DNA of 64,000 nucleotides from Lama guanicoe (taxonomy: Eukaryota), in contig MU056898.1 of the NCBI GenBank assembly GCA_013239625.1, positions 2,013,717 to 2,077,716 on the forward strand. Reading direction: 5' to 3'. The notes below the pieces were generated by a model that ran no database searches, had not been told where the DNA came from, and saw nothing but the letters and a program-made list of their open reading frames with translations. Positions 36,183-47,103 of this stretch are shown piece by piece. Each line of letters starts with the position of its first letter. Positions within the stretch are counted from its first letter, which is position 1. The position numbers and the translations under genes were made by a program.

Positions 36183-36954
36183 CGGGCACACGTCAGAGAT
36201 GCTGCAGGTTTGGTTCCAGACCACCCCAGTAAAGCGAGGACTGCGGTAAAGAGAACCGTCCAAATTTTTGGTTTCCCGGTGCAGATAAAAGTTATGTTTC
36301 CTCTATACTGTAGTCTGTTAAGTGTTCAGTAGCATTATGTCTAAGAAAACAAAATACAGACCTAAATTAAAAATACTTCAGTGCTGTGAAATAAGCCAGA
36401 AAAAGAAAAATGCCGTATGAGATCACTCATATGTGGAATCTGAAAAAAAAAGGTAAAAGAGGCACTATGAACTCATCTACAAGACAGAAACAGACCCACA
36501 GACACAGCAAACAATCTTATGGTCACCGGGAAGAAGAGGGTGGGAAGGGATAAATTTGGGAGTTTGAGATTTGCAAATGTTCACCACTATATATAAAAAT
36601 AGATAAAAACAAATTTCTTCTGTAGAGCACAGGGAACTATATTCAATATCCTGTAATCAATGAAAAAGAATATGAATACGAATATACGCATGACTGAAAC
36701 ACGTGCTGTACCCCAGAAATGAGCACATTGTAACTGACTGTACTTCAATTAAAAAACATCGTGCTGAAAAATGATCCCCACCATCGGAGCCTTCAGCGAG
36801 CTGCAGTCCTTTTGCAGCAGTAGCACAAAGATCACTGACCACAGATCCCCATAACTGTAATGGAAAATCTGAAGTATTGTGAGAATTACGAAAACGTGAC
36901 AGAGGCACGAAGTGAGCAGATGCTGTTGGAAAAACGGCGCCGATCGACTTGCTT
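36183..36954 (-). mobile_element. Internally deleted Tigger1-family DNA transposon, interrupted by an L1
   Basis: TA followed by cgggcacacgtcagagatgctgcaggtttggttccagaccacc; right part gaagtgagcagatgctgttggaaaaacggcgccgatcgacttgct matches the other Tigger1 end region. Confidence 0.85.
36387..36752 (+). mobile_element. Younger L1 3' end inserted into the Tigger1 copy
   Basis: Same 3'UTR type as 22547-22897 (gagggtgggaagggataaat, agcacagggaactatattcaatatc); degenerate TSD ending gtgctg on both sides. Confidence 0.85.
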
Positions 36955-38287
36955 GGTCTGGTGTGGGCAGTGTCTGGATTCTGGCCGTTCCCATGGGTGT
37001 GTGGCGGCCTCTCGGGGTTTTAGTCTGCGTTTCCCTGGTGGCGCACCACGGGCAGTTCCTGTCCTGGGCTTGTTTGCCACCGGAGTGTCTTCTGCGGTGA
37101 GGTGTGTGTCCTGATCCTTTGTCTGTTTTCCACGTGGAGTGTTTGGTTTCTTATGCTGGGTTTTAAGAGCCTTTTGTATATTATCAGATGTGTGTTTTGC
37201 AAATATTTTCTCCCCGTCTGTGGCGGGTCTTTTCATTCACTTAATGCACTGTTTTTTAAATGTTAAAATTCGATCGTTCATTGCTCGACTATAGAACTAT
37301 AATTGACTTTTATGTATTAACTTTGCAAAACACACATCTGATAAAGGACTTGTATGAAAAATGTACAAAAAGCTGTTAAAACTACAGCTTCACTGAGTCA
37401 CTTACTAGAAGAGTTTTACAGATTCTGTGGGATTTTCTACGCGTTCAGCTGCGTCGGGGAGTTTGGCGTCTTCCTCTCCGTCTGCACGTGCGTCTGGCGT
37501 GGTGCTGAGCAGGGCGACTGGGAAAAGGCCTCCTCGTCCTGTTCTGGTCTTGGGGGAGCGTTCGTCTCTTCATTAAGTCGCAGGTGTGGGTTCGCGTGGA
37601 TTCCTCCATGGTGTTAAGGAAGTTTCCTTCTGTTTCTTATTTACTGAGTTTTTTCTCTCTTTTTAAGTCATGACTGAATGCTGAATTTCGTCAGATGCTC
37701 TTTGATTACGTTTTGAGGTTTGAGCTGACCTTGCCTTCCTGGGAAGAGCCCCGTCAGGTTGTATTAGGGTGTCCTTCTGCAGTGAAAGCAGAACACACCT
37801 GCTTGTGTCTTAGAAGAGCTGGAAAGGTTTATAACTATCGTCAGTAACAGAAAATACATTGGAAAAAGAGATTCACTGCCCACAGGGCTGCTTCAGACGC
37901 GCAGGTTCCCTTTTCCTTCCATTTTTTTGTGCATCACACTTCTCGTATACTTGGGTTTTTAAAATTTTTAAATTTAAAGGATTTTATAATTTTCAAGAAA
38001 TTTTAAATTAAAATTTATTTTTATTTTTTATTTTGAATTTATAAAAAATTTTATTTTGTTTTTTAATTAATTATTTATTTTTTTAATTGAAGTAACATAT
38101 ACTAGTGAGTTAAGTGTGAGCTCACTTTTGTGTCCCGCCCCCTAAACACCGCGGACATGGCCGCAGGGATAACGCTTCTGCAGACGAGGGGCGGAACCAG
38201 GGCGGCATCCCTGCAGCGGCTGCTGGCGGTCACCCTGCTCCCCCAGGGGCCCAGCAGGGGTCTGCTTGCTGAGGCTTAGCTGCATTT

Positions 38288-38311
38288 GTCCGTCCGTCCG
38301 TCCGTCCGTCC
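38288..38311. repeat. (GTCC)6 microsatellite
   Basis: Directly visible. Confidence 0.9.
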
Positions 38312-38426
38312 AGGCCACGACTCCGTGAGAGGAATCTCAGACTCAGAGGGCCACTGTCCGTCCGTCTGATGAAGCTTCTCCACAAAACGAGAGGCTGAGC
38401 ACAGGGCGTTCCTTAAAGAAGGTTTA

Positions 38427-38532
38427 GGAGGAAGGTGCAGCTTCGTGGTGGAGCACGCGCTCAGCACGCACGAGGCCCCGGGTTCAACCCCCAACCTAGT
38501 TACCTGCCCTGCAAAACAAGGCAGAAATAAGT
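38427..38532 (+). mobile_element. tRNA-derived SINE, camelid Vic-1-like
   Basis: A-box and B-box (gggttcaacccc), aacctagttacct tail, A-rich end; TSD aaagaaggttta (38415-38426) / agagcaggttta (38533-38544) at a TT/AAAG site. Confidence 0.82.
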
Positions 38533-38779
38533 AGAGCAGGTTTAAAGCTTTCAGACACGACCGAGTATTACAAAGAAAGGTCGATTCCACAAAATTTTAG
38601 GAAATCAAGAAAATACAGAGAAGAATAAAGAAACCCAATGTCCCCTCGTGAGGCCTCTCCAGACGGCGGCCTCTGGCACCCGGGTTCCCTGGGAGGTGCT
38701 TTTCTGTGCTTGTCGCTGGTCTCCCTCTCCCTCCCCCACGTGTGCTAAAGTGTGTAAGCTACTGTCGATAACTTTTGAA

Positions 38780-39870
38780 ACAATAAGCTACTTTTCAGAG
38801 AAGTTTTAGGTCTACAGAAAACTGAGCAGAAAGTACAGAGGTTTCCCGTGTCCACCCCCACCCCCGTCTGTCCTGTTACGGCCGTCTTGTGTTAATCAGT
38901 GTGGCTCACGGGGACAGCTGGTGACCAGCATCGGTGCGTCACTGTTGTCCAGGGTCTGCAGCTCACCTGAGGGCTCAGTCTGGGCGTGGCACAGCCTGGG
39001 GTCTGGACCAGTGCGGGACCTGTGCCCACCACTGCAGCGTCACCTGAGTAGTTTCGCTACCCCAAGGACGCCCCGTGCTCCGCCTCGTCCCCCACCCCAG
39101 CCCCGGCCACCACTGCTGTCTTCACTGTCTCCCTAGTCTTGCCTTTTCCAGGCGGTCGTAGAGTTGGGGTCACCGTGTGCGGCCTGTTCAGGCTGGCTGC
39201 TTTCACTCAGCCGTGTACGCGTGCGCGGCTCCGCTGCGTCTTTTCACGACTTGATGGCTCGTTTCCTTTCACTGCCAAATGGCCCCGTGGTCTGGAAGGA
39301 CCACGGTTTGTTTAGCCGTCACCTCCTGAAGGACACCTTGGTTGCTTCCGGGTTTTGGCAATTGTGAGTAAAGCTGCTGTAAGTAAACACTTGTGTGCAG
39401 GTTTTTGTGTGGACATGAGCTTTCAAGTCTTGGATAAATACCGGGGTGTAATCACTGGACTGCACGTTAAGAGTCTGTTTAGGTTTGTGTGGAAGCACCA
39501 CACCGGCTCCCAGAGTGGCTGCACTGGGTCGCATCCCCGCCGCGACGGACAAGAGCCCCCACAGCCCCGCGGCCCCGCGGCGTCGGTGTCGTCAGCGCCC
39601 ACACGTGCGCCGCCCTGCCAGCTGTGTGGTGGCGTCTCACTTGTTCCATTGTGTTTCCCTGACGGCGTGTCCTGGGCTTCTTTGCCACCTGTGTGTCTCC
39701 CTTGGTGAGCTGTCTGTCCAGGCCGTTTGCCTGTTTTCCACTTGGGGTGTTTGTTTTCTTGTTGCTGGTTTTTAAGAGCTTTTTGTACATTTTCATGAAA
39801 GTCCTGCACCAGCTGTGTGTTTTGCAAATTTTTCTCTCAGTCTGTGACTTGTCTCTTCATTCTCTTAACT
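38780..39870 (-). mobile_element. L1MB-type 3' portion, antisense
   Basis: ttttcagagaagttttaggtctacagaaaactgagcagaaagtacagag...tgtgtgttttgcaaatttttctctcagtctgtg. Confidence 0.8.
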
Positions 39871-40109
39871 ATTATATATAATTTTGAATCCTGCTTTTTG
39901 GAGTTTTAAAGCAAACTTTGTTACTAAATCTGCTAAAAGCAGATGTAACGGCGCAAAGCATTCTATCGTATAGATGGCTCTAAATGGATTGGAACAATTT
40001 CTCACTGTGGCCGGTCCGACCGCTCTAGTACAGGGATCTTTCTGACGCCTCTCCCTGTCTCCTTAGGATGTATTTTAAGAAGTAGAATTACGAGGCTCAG
40101 AAGTACCCA

Positions 40110-40240
40110 TGGATGAATGATGCCAGTTCTCCAAAAACGTTTCATTCATTCACTGAACCTCGGTGTTTACGGAATAGCTGCTGTGCGCCGGGCGCTGTTC
40201 CAGGTGCTGACGGCGCGGTGCTGAGCGGGGAGGCACAGGG
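40110..40240 (-). mobile_element. L2 3' end relic
   Basis: ttcattcattcac...tgtgcgccgggcgctgttccaggtgctg. Confidence 0.65.
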
Positions 40241-40749
40241 TTTTGCGGCTGTGCCATCCGGCACGTGTGGTGGCGGGGCTGTGACTGTAGAGGATGTGGC
40301 GTCTGCCCTCGTGGCGTTACTGAGCTCAGTTTCCTTCTTTGGTCCCTGTCCCTTCAGGGCAGGACCAGTCGACCTGGGAGATCCTGGAAGGCATGTGTAA
40401 ATCGGACTTCTAGAGTCAAGTACACAGTGGGACGTGCTATTTCAAGGGATCCCAGGATGAGTTTGAATCTTTTTCTCACTCAGAAACCGAATTCTTTGAC
40501 TACAACTCAGTTGAGTTACGAATTATTAGTAGAGAGAGCCAGGGAGGAAGAGAGAGGCCAACTTCTGTGTGCGCAGTGAGCTTCTGTGTGGCTCATCAGG
40601 TAAAGGAGGCTGTCGTAGTAAAAGTTATGAAACCCTCAGGGCTGAGTGACAATAAAAGCTTCCATACCAAAGCAGGTGGGACGCAGCAGGTCGGGGCCTG
40701 GAGGGACACTTACAGCTTCATGAGGAGACGAGACTAGAGGTTAGTGAGC

Positions 40750-41090
40750 TGTGTGTCTCAGTTTCCTAGGTGCCACGGCGAGTCATCAAAAAATCGGGCA
40801 GCTTGAAACAGCTATTGCCTCACAGTTCTGCAAACCAGAAGCCCGAGATCAAGGCTCTGGTGGGGGCAGTAGCTTCCGGGGGCCCCGACGGCGGATCTAC
40901 CCCAGGCCCCTGTCCAGCTTCCGGGGCCCTTCTTATAAGGACGCCTGTCGTGGGATCAGGGCCACCCTCATTGTAGGTGACCTCAGCCTCACCTGATTAC
41001 GTCTGCGAAGAGCCTGTTTCCAAACGAAGCCGCACTCTGAGGTTCCGGGTGGACCTGAGTTTTGGGGGGCCCTTTGCAGCCCACTGCAGT
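40750..41090 (-). mobile_element. MLT1 solo LTR
   Basis: cagtttcctaggtgcc...ctcacagttctgcaaaccagaagcccgagatcaagg...ttacgtctgcgaagagcctgtttccaaac. Confidence 0.75.
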
Positions 41091-42929
41091 GTGCGGCCTG
41101 AGCATCAGCAATAGAGGAATAAAGCAAGACAGAAAGAAGGAAGAATAATGGGGTAAAAGCAGACGTTAATGAAGCAGAAGTCAAGATAATGGCAGACTGT
41201 CTGAAGAGATGGATGAAGCAGACAGGCATCTGCGGGGGCAGCCATGTCAGGAAGAGACACGCAAACTGTGATTTGCCTCAGGTGGGGGGTGGGGAGTGGG
41301 GAGGAGGGTGGAGGGGGCGAACTACAGCTGCCCACGTCCCCCGGTTCAGCTCTTCTCATCTGCGTGGACGCAGAAGGCGCCTCCTCCAGGAAGCCCTCTG
41401 CGACTCCTCCCCGAGGTTGGTCTAGAGCCTCGCTGCTGGCGCAGCCCTGTACCTGGTCCTTTAGTCGTCTTGCTGTGGCTCTCACCGTCTGCTTCCCTGT
41501 TCGAGATCTCACAGTAACCTCCTTCGTGACACAACTGTTTCTTTTTCTTTGTTGCATTTTTGGTATGAGGCCTGGTATATAGAAGGTGCTCAGTGAATGA
41601 TCTCACCCTGCCTCTGACTGGCTGGGTGCCCTATGGGCACGTCCTTCACCCTCTCTGGGCCTCGGCTTCCCCGCCTCACCGGTGGGGTGACTCCCTCGTC
41701 TGCCTTCCTCTCTGCAGCCCGGGGCGGGGGTGCTTGGGGCTCCTGCGGGCCTGGCAACGCCGGCCCCTCCCCTGGTCCTGGGTCCTCGGGTACCTCGGCT
41801 CCCCTTGGACTGAGGTTTCACAGCCGGCGGGGAGCAGCGCTCAGGGTGTGTGGGAGAGGCCTGCAGGGAGGGGACGCCTGCCCACATCCGGCCACCGCCC
41901 TCAGGGGCGGCCTCTCCCGCTCGGTGTGTGAGGCCCTCGTGAGGAATCTAGTGGCTCGATGAGCTGCCCCCAGAAATCCCCTCGAGGGACAGAACGGGGG
42001 TGTCCTCACCCCCGGGACGGAGTGGGAGCAGGGCAGGACCTCCACTCTCCCAGGGTCCCAGACGCTGGGGGGCCAGCTCAGTTCCAGAAAGCCTCCCTGG
42101 ACTCCACCCCCTGAATGTCATCTGCGATGCTGAAGGAGGAAAAATGTGGTCGGAAGGTGACCACGACCATCATCATGGCCCTGGGGGCTCTCGGCCCTGA
42201 GGGCAGGGCAGGGACCGTCCCCGGAGCTGCGTGACGCGATTTGGGGCAGATGCTGGCTGCGAAGCTTTCTGGAAAGGCCATTCCCACACTCTTGTTATGA
42301 AGATTCCTTGGCCTGGCTTGCCTGTTCTGACCCCGAGCCCTTGACCGCCCCACAGCCCGGACAATTCATCAGCGTGGAAACAGGAGACAGGAAGGGGAGG
42401 CTCCGAGAATGAGAGATTTTCCTGGAATCTCTGGGGTGGGGGGAAGGGACGGTGTCCAGAAATATCGGTCTGGATGGTCCAGGCAGAGCCCGGGGGTTGT
42501 CCTCCTGCTGTGCCCGGGGGCCCTGGCTCCCGGCCCCCATGTCCTCTCAACACCCCTCCAGTGGCCTCCGTGTTTCCCGCCTCACTTGACCCTTTGCTGC
42601 CACAGATGGAAAGTCCTCTCCGTGCTGGGACAGGGGGTGCTCTCCGGTGCTGGAGAAGCAGGCCTGGACCACGGCTTCCTTGAAGAGAAGTGGCTTCTGG
42701 TGGCCGCATGGCAAGCCTGGGGTCCTGACCGCACCGTGGACCCCAGCCAGCCTCTGTCTGTAGAACGAGCCTCTGCCGGGAGTGGCCCCGGAAGGTTGTC
42801 GTGTTTCCCAGGGCCCTGGGGCCGGGCACTGCGAGGCCGCATCCTGGCCACACACTGGTGTCACCACGGCTGCTGCCGCTGCTTTGTTTGGTCACAATTC
42901 CTCGAGCTGCTGGCTCTCCCGAGGCCTGG

Positions 42930-42973
42930 CCTGCCGGCCTGCCATCCTGCCGTCCTGCCGGCCTGCCGTCCTG
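42930..42973. repeat. (CCTGCCRN)n 8-mer tandem repeat, about 5.5 copies
   Basis: cctgccgg cctgccat cctgccgt cctgccgg cctgccgt cctg. Confidence 0.8.
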
Positions 42974-45837
42974 TGGGAAACCCTCTGCAACCCCACCCTC
43001 GCCTCCAGTCCCGTACCACAGGTGACTGAGACGGACGCCGGGAACCCTGGCTCTGGAGGGGTCGTCCCTGCCCCTCAACCACCTCCGTGGGGCTCTCTGT
43101 GTCCTGGTCCCCGGACGTCGGCCTCGCGCTCTCACCTGTGGCTGCGCGGCTGAGTGCTGGTGTGTGGTCGTGACAGTTCACAGACACGAGGACCGTCTTC
43201 CTGTCTTGACTACATCATTCATGTCTCTGTCCTCCGTCCACTCTTACTTCAGCCAGTGCTGGTGGCACCGCCTCTTGCAATGAGGGGAGGGGGTCACTGT
43301 CAGGTGGGCCATGCTCCCCGGCAGCTGGTCATTTTGAAGCAACGAGACTTGAGCTCCAGCTGGTGTGAACAAAATGCTTTGGAGGCGTACAGAGGAAGGG
43401 GAGGTGATAGGAAGGCTTGTTGCTGGAGGTTGCATTGAAGTGGGCCTTGAAGCATATGTAGGAGTTCACCAGGGATGCCATCTAGGGGATGGGCAGTAAG
43501 GGGAGGAGAGCCCCTTACTGCTTTCCCGTCTTTCCCTCGGCGAGAAAGCAGGTCCCCTGGGCGAGGTGCTGTTTTCCGCTCCTGGGCCACAGACCGTGGA
43601 ATTGCCTGAGAATCGAGCCCTTCCTGTTGGAGCCCAGGTCTCCTCAGGGTGAAGGAGGCAGAGGGCATCATTTCTGGGGTTTGTCATTTATTTAGGTGGT
43701 TTTAGTGGTATTTCTGTCTACACAGCAGTAAACAAATGTTTCATTTTTATCACGACATGACTGTTCCTTCCAGCATGTTTGTGTTGCACCAACGTAGGAC
43801 CAAGAAGGAAGCTGAAGGCGTTCCGCCCCAGCCCTCTCCTCAGCGCTTGTAAAGATGGTTCCTTTCAACTTTGTTCTCGCGGGCATGTCTCACCCCCTCC
43901 ACCTCCTCCTTTCCTAACTGTGTTTAAACTCTAGATGTAACGTCAAGTAAAACAAGAAGGAAAATGTCTGTATTCTGGGTTACTCCGATTTTCAAAGTAA
44001 AAAAGTGAAAATAAAAAGGTATTCATTCATTCATCTAATGAATCAGATCTGTTAACTGCTGTGTTACTAACTCCTTAGTTTGTAATTTCTTTGACTATTA
44101 GCTGTGTTCTTTGAGCCTCTGCTTTGTTAGACCTTAGCCTGTCTCACTGGTCAGCTTGCTTCTGCAGAATTCTGCCTCCCTCGTGCTGGCTGAACTTTTC
44201 ATTTTGCATCGTCTGTATTGATAACATTTATACCTTTGCAGAAAAGCACCACTTTGTCTTTTACACGTTGTCTATAGGTTCATAATAAGATCTGAATATT
44301 AATAATCAGGTATATTTGAAAGACGCCTTTGCTGCACCTGCAGACACGGATAGTTGAGTGAGTGTGAAGGAGCAGGCTGACTGTGAGTCTCCCCTGGAAC
44401 GCGGGGACGCTGGGCTCCGGGCCCTCTGGTGTCTGGGTTTCTGGGGGGATGGCTGAGCTGTTCTGATTCCCAGGCCCTGGTGGGAGACGGGAGCAGCTGC
44501 AGAGCCGCAAACAGAGTGTCAGCTTGCCAGCGGCCTGACCCGCTCACCCCACCAGGACGCACGCTGCTTCTAACGTTGTGCAGAATCGGCATGTACATGT
44601 GTCCAACTTTTGATGAGGGTCTTACCGCTGATCTGTTTCCTGAAAGGTTAGAAATCCTCTTACGAGGAAAGAGCAAGCGTCAACAGTGGTGCTGAGAAGA
44701 CGCCAGGCAGCGAACGCGCGTAGAACGAACGCGGGCGTGAACGGCTGGCTTTGGGGAGGTGGTGGATCCCTGCCTTTTTCCTGCAGGTTTTCTGTGGGAG
44801 ATTCCCCACCCCCGTCTGAACTGCCAGGTCCCCTCGGGGGCCTCTGTAAATGTCTTCTTCAGGAAGGACGAGCCCTCTGGGGGTGGGAGTTGCCCCCAGA
44901 GGTCTCCTGCACGGTAGCTTGAATTAGGTGGCTTCACGGTTCTGTGAGGGCTCGCAGGGTGCCTGGGAGGCTTGAAACACTGGGGGGAGCTGCCTGGAGG
45001 GGCCGGACGGCGGCTCGAGGGGGTGGGGCAGCGCCTGGAGGGCCGGGGGCAGGAGTCCTGGGAAGAGCACGGGGGACCGGGATGCACATCCTCACTGCCT
45101 GCTTCTCCTGGGAGACTCCTGGGTCAACACCAGGTTGGGGGAGGAGGCTGCGGGGTTCGGGCTGTGTTCGGAGAGGGAGGCCCTGGGGGGATGAGGGGGT
45201 GGGGGGCCCGGTGCTGAGCGTGTGGGGACACAGGTGAGGGTCTGCCTGCTGAGTGACCCAGCTCCTCCCTGTGCGCTCCCTGAGGTCACCCACTGGTCAT
45301 GAGAGCGCTCTGGGGACCCAGGGGTCGGGCGTGGCGGACCTGCTGTCACTGCAGGCCCCTTTGCACTTTTTGGATTCCCACCCTCTGTGTGTAGACGGTT
45401 TCTAAAAAGCTGTGATGACCAGAGAGGGAAGAACAGGAGAGGTTTGCTTCCCTGGTACCCACCCACATCCGTGAGCAGAGCGGGTGTCTCCTGCCCTGGT
45501 GGGGGTAGCCTGGTGGGGCTGGTGGGGCCTCGGACACTTGCCTGGTGGACCTGTGGAATCTGGTACTGGGAGACGTTGCTTGCAGTTGCGAGTGTGCATG
45601 AGCCTGGAGCCAGGCTCTGTGGCCACAGAGCTGTCGAGTTGAGGGGGGACGTGGAGCAGCCCCTGGTGTCCAGGGCGCAGGGCAGGGGTAGCACAGGGCA
45701 GCCCCGGAGGCGCGGAGGGCGGAGGCTGGGCAGGGGCTGTGGCCGGGCGGGCTGGGTCCCTGCCTTCCCGGGAGCGGCCCGGCCTCTGGGGCTCTCCCGT
45801 GACAGTGCCCTCTTCACCTGCTCCGTTGCCCCCGCAG

Positions 45838-46008
45838 GAGGAGACCAGACAGCTTCTGGCTCAGCAGAAGTCGGCTTCCCAGTCAGACCTGCACGACGAG
45901 GAGGTCTCTCCGTCGCTGCCAAGCCCCGTGGTGAAGGCCCGCCACCGCCGTGGGGGCGTGAGCGCCGAGGTGTACACGGAGGAGGACGCCGTGTCCTACG
46001 TGAGGAAG
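45838..46008 (+). CDS. PRKAR1B: PRKAR1B second coding exon (linker and pseudosubstrate inhibitor site)
   Basis: [57 protein letters not shown]; RRGGV is the RI-beta type inhibitor site; acceptor cgcAG, donor AAG|GTGGGC; 171 nt. Confidence 0.97.
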
Positions 46009-46429
46009 GTGGGCCCGCCCAGCCCTCACCGCGTCCAGCCCCAGGGCCATCCCGGTGCCTGCTGGCCTGGGCCCCGCACGGCCTGGCCTGAGGCTCTTTG
46101 GGGCCGCCACTCCCAGCGGGCTCGGAAGACTGTGGGTGTGGGCGGAGGACCTTGAGTCCCGCCTTCACCCTTGAGGCTGGACCCCGTGGCGGAGCCCGTG
46201 CAGTGGAGATTCTGCCCGGCCTGGACATTGCCCTCCTCCGTCTGTGCCTCGGTGGGCAGGTGCCGGGACCATGTGCACCTGCCCTGGGCCCGCCCTGGAT
46301 GTGGGCCTGTCGTTTCCATCCCATGCCTGTCTGCAGTCAGCTTTGCTTTTTTTTTTGTACTTTTTGTTTTTGATCTATTTTAAAAATTTTTTATAGTTAT
46401 GGCAAAATATGCATAATGTGAACTTCACC

Positions 46430-46620
46430 ATCCGTGTTAGTCAGCTCAGGCTGCTGTGACCAAGGACCGGCGGCGTGAACTGCAGACTGCGATTGCCGCG
46501 TCTGGAGGCGGGGAGTCCGAGGGGAAGGTGCCGGGGTGCGCTCCTGGTCAGGACCCTCCTCCTGGCCTCCAGTCCGGCGGCGGAGGGGGCGGGAGGCCAT
46601 CACCACCCGAGGGGCACAGC
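46430..46620 (-). mobile_element. MLT1A-like LTR fragment
   Basis: tgttagtcagctcaggctgctgtgacca...tctggaggcgggagtccgag. Confidence 0.6.
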
Positions 46621-46989
46621 CAAGTGTCAAGTTAATTTTTATTTTTTTGTTTTCCAATGTTTCAACAAGTATTTATTACCTTAAAAAAAGCCAGTGAAAC
46701 AAAGAAATCAACAGAAGACATAACGCCAGGGCCTGGAGGTCTTGTGAAGCCAAGACCCCGAATTTGAGATGACACTTAAGTCGCCTCTTGGGCCACTCTG
46801 TGTCCCTTGCCTTTTCTTTCCTTATTTTTTAAATTTCAAACAACTGGTGTGCGCTTCAGATTTTAACTGTCTGCCATCACTGGGAGTGACACCTGGAAGG
46901 CTGAGCAGCCGGTTTCGAGCCACGCCACCAGTTCTCAGGGTCGGCCCAGGCCCAGTGCTCTGCCCGCCCCGGGACGCCCCCAGGTCTGA

Positions 46990-47103
<114 letters not shown>

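Larger units (their letters stand above)
35790..37720 (-). mobile_element. Old antisense L1 hosting nested elements (antisense L1MB-type about 36140-37245, Tigger1, young L1)
   Basis: Minus-strand ORF2-like peptides KEIKGLNKRREVLCLWFGRFNIIKMS and KRPATDGEKIFAKHTSD. Confidence 0.75.

Noticed and set aside
37950-38095. AT-rich quasi-palindromic stretch
   Set aside because: Best explained as a decayed and expanded poly(A)-derived low-complexity tract.
38427-38495. tRNA-Ala-like sequence
   Set aside because: It has a SINE tail and TSD and a disrupted cloverleaf, so it is a retroposed SINE rather than a tRNA gene.
45092-46324. 410-aa minus-strand ORF, plus other long ORFs at 42173-43135, 30340-31224, 19463-20347, 3367-4173 and 5010-5801
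   Set aside because: Low-complexity or unrecognisable translations expected in GC-rich, stop-poor DNA; several are antisense shadows of real exons or span N-runs, and none has a recognisable domain.
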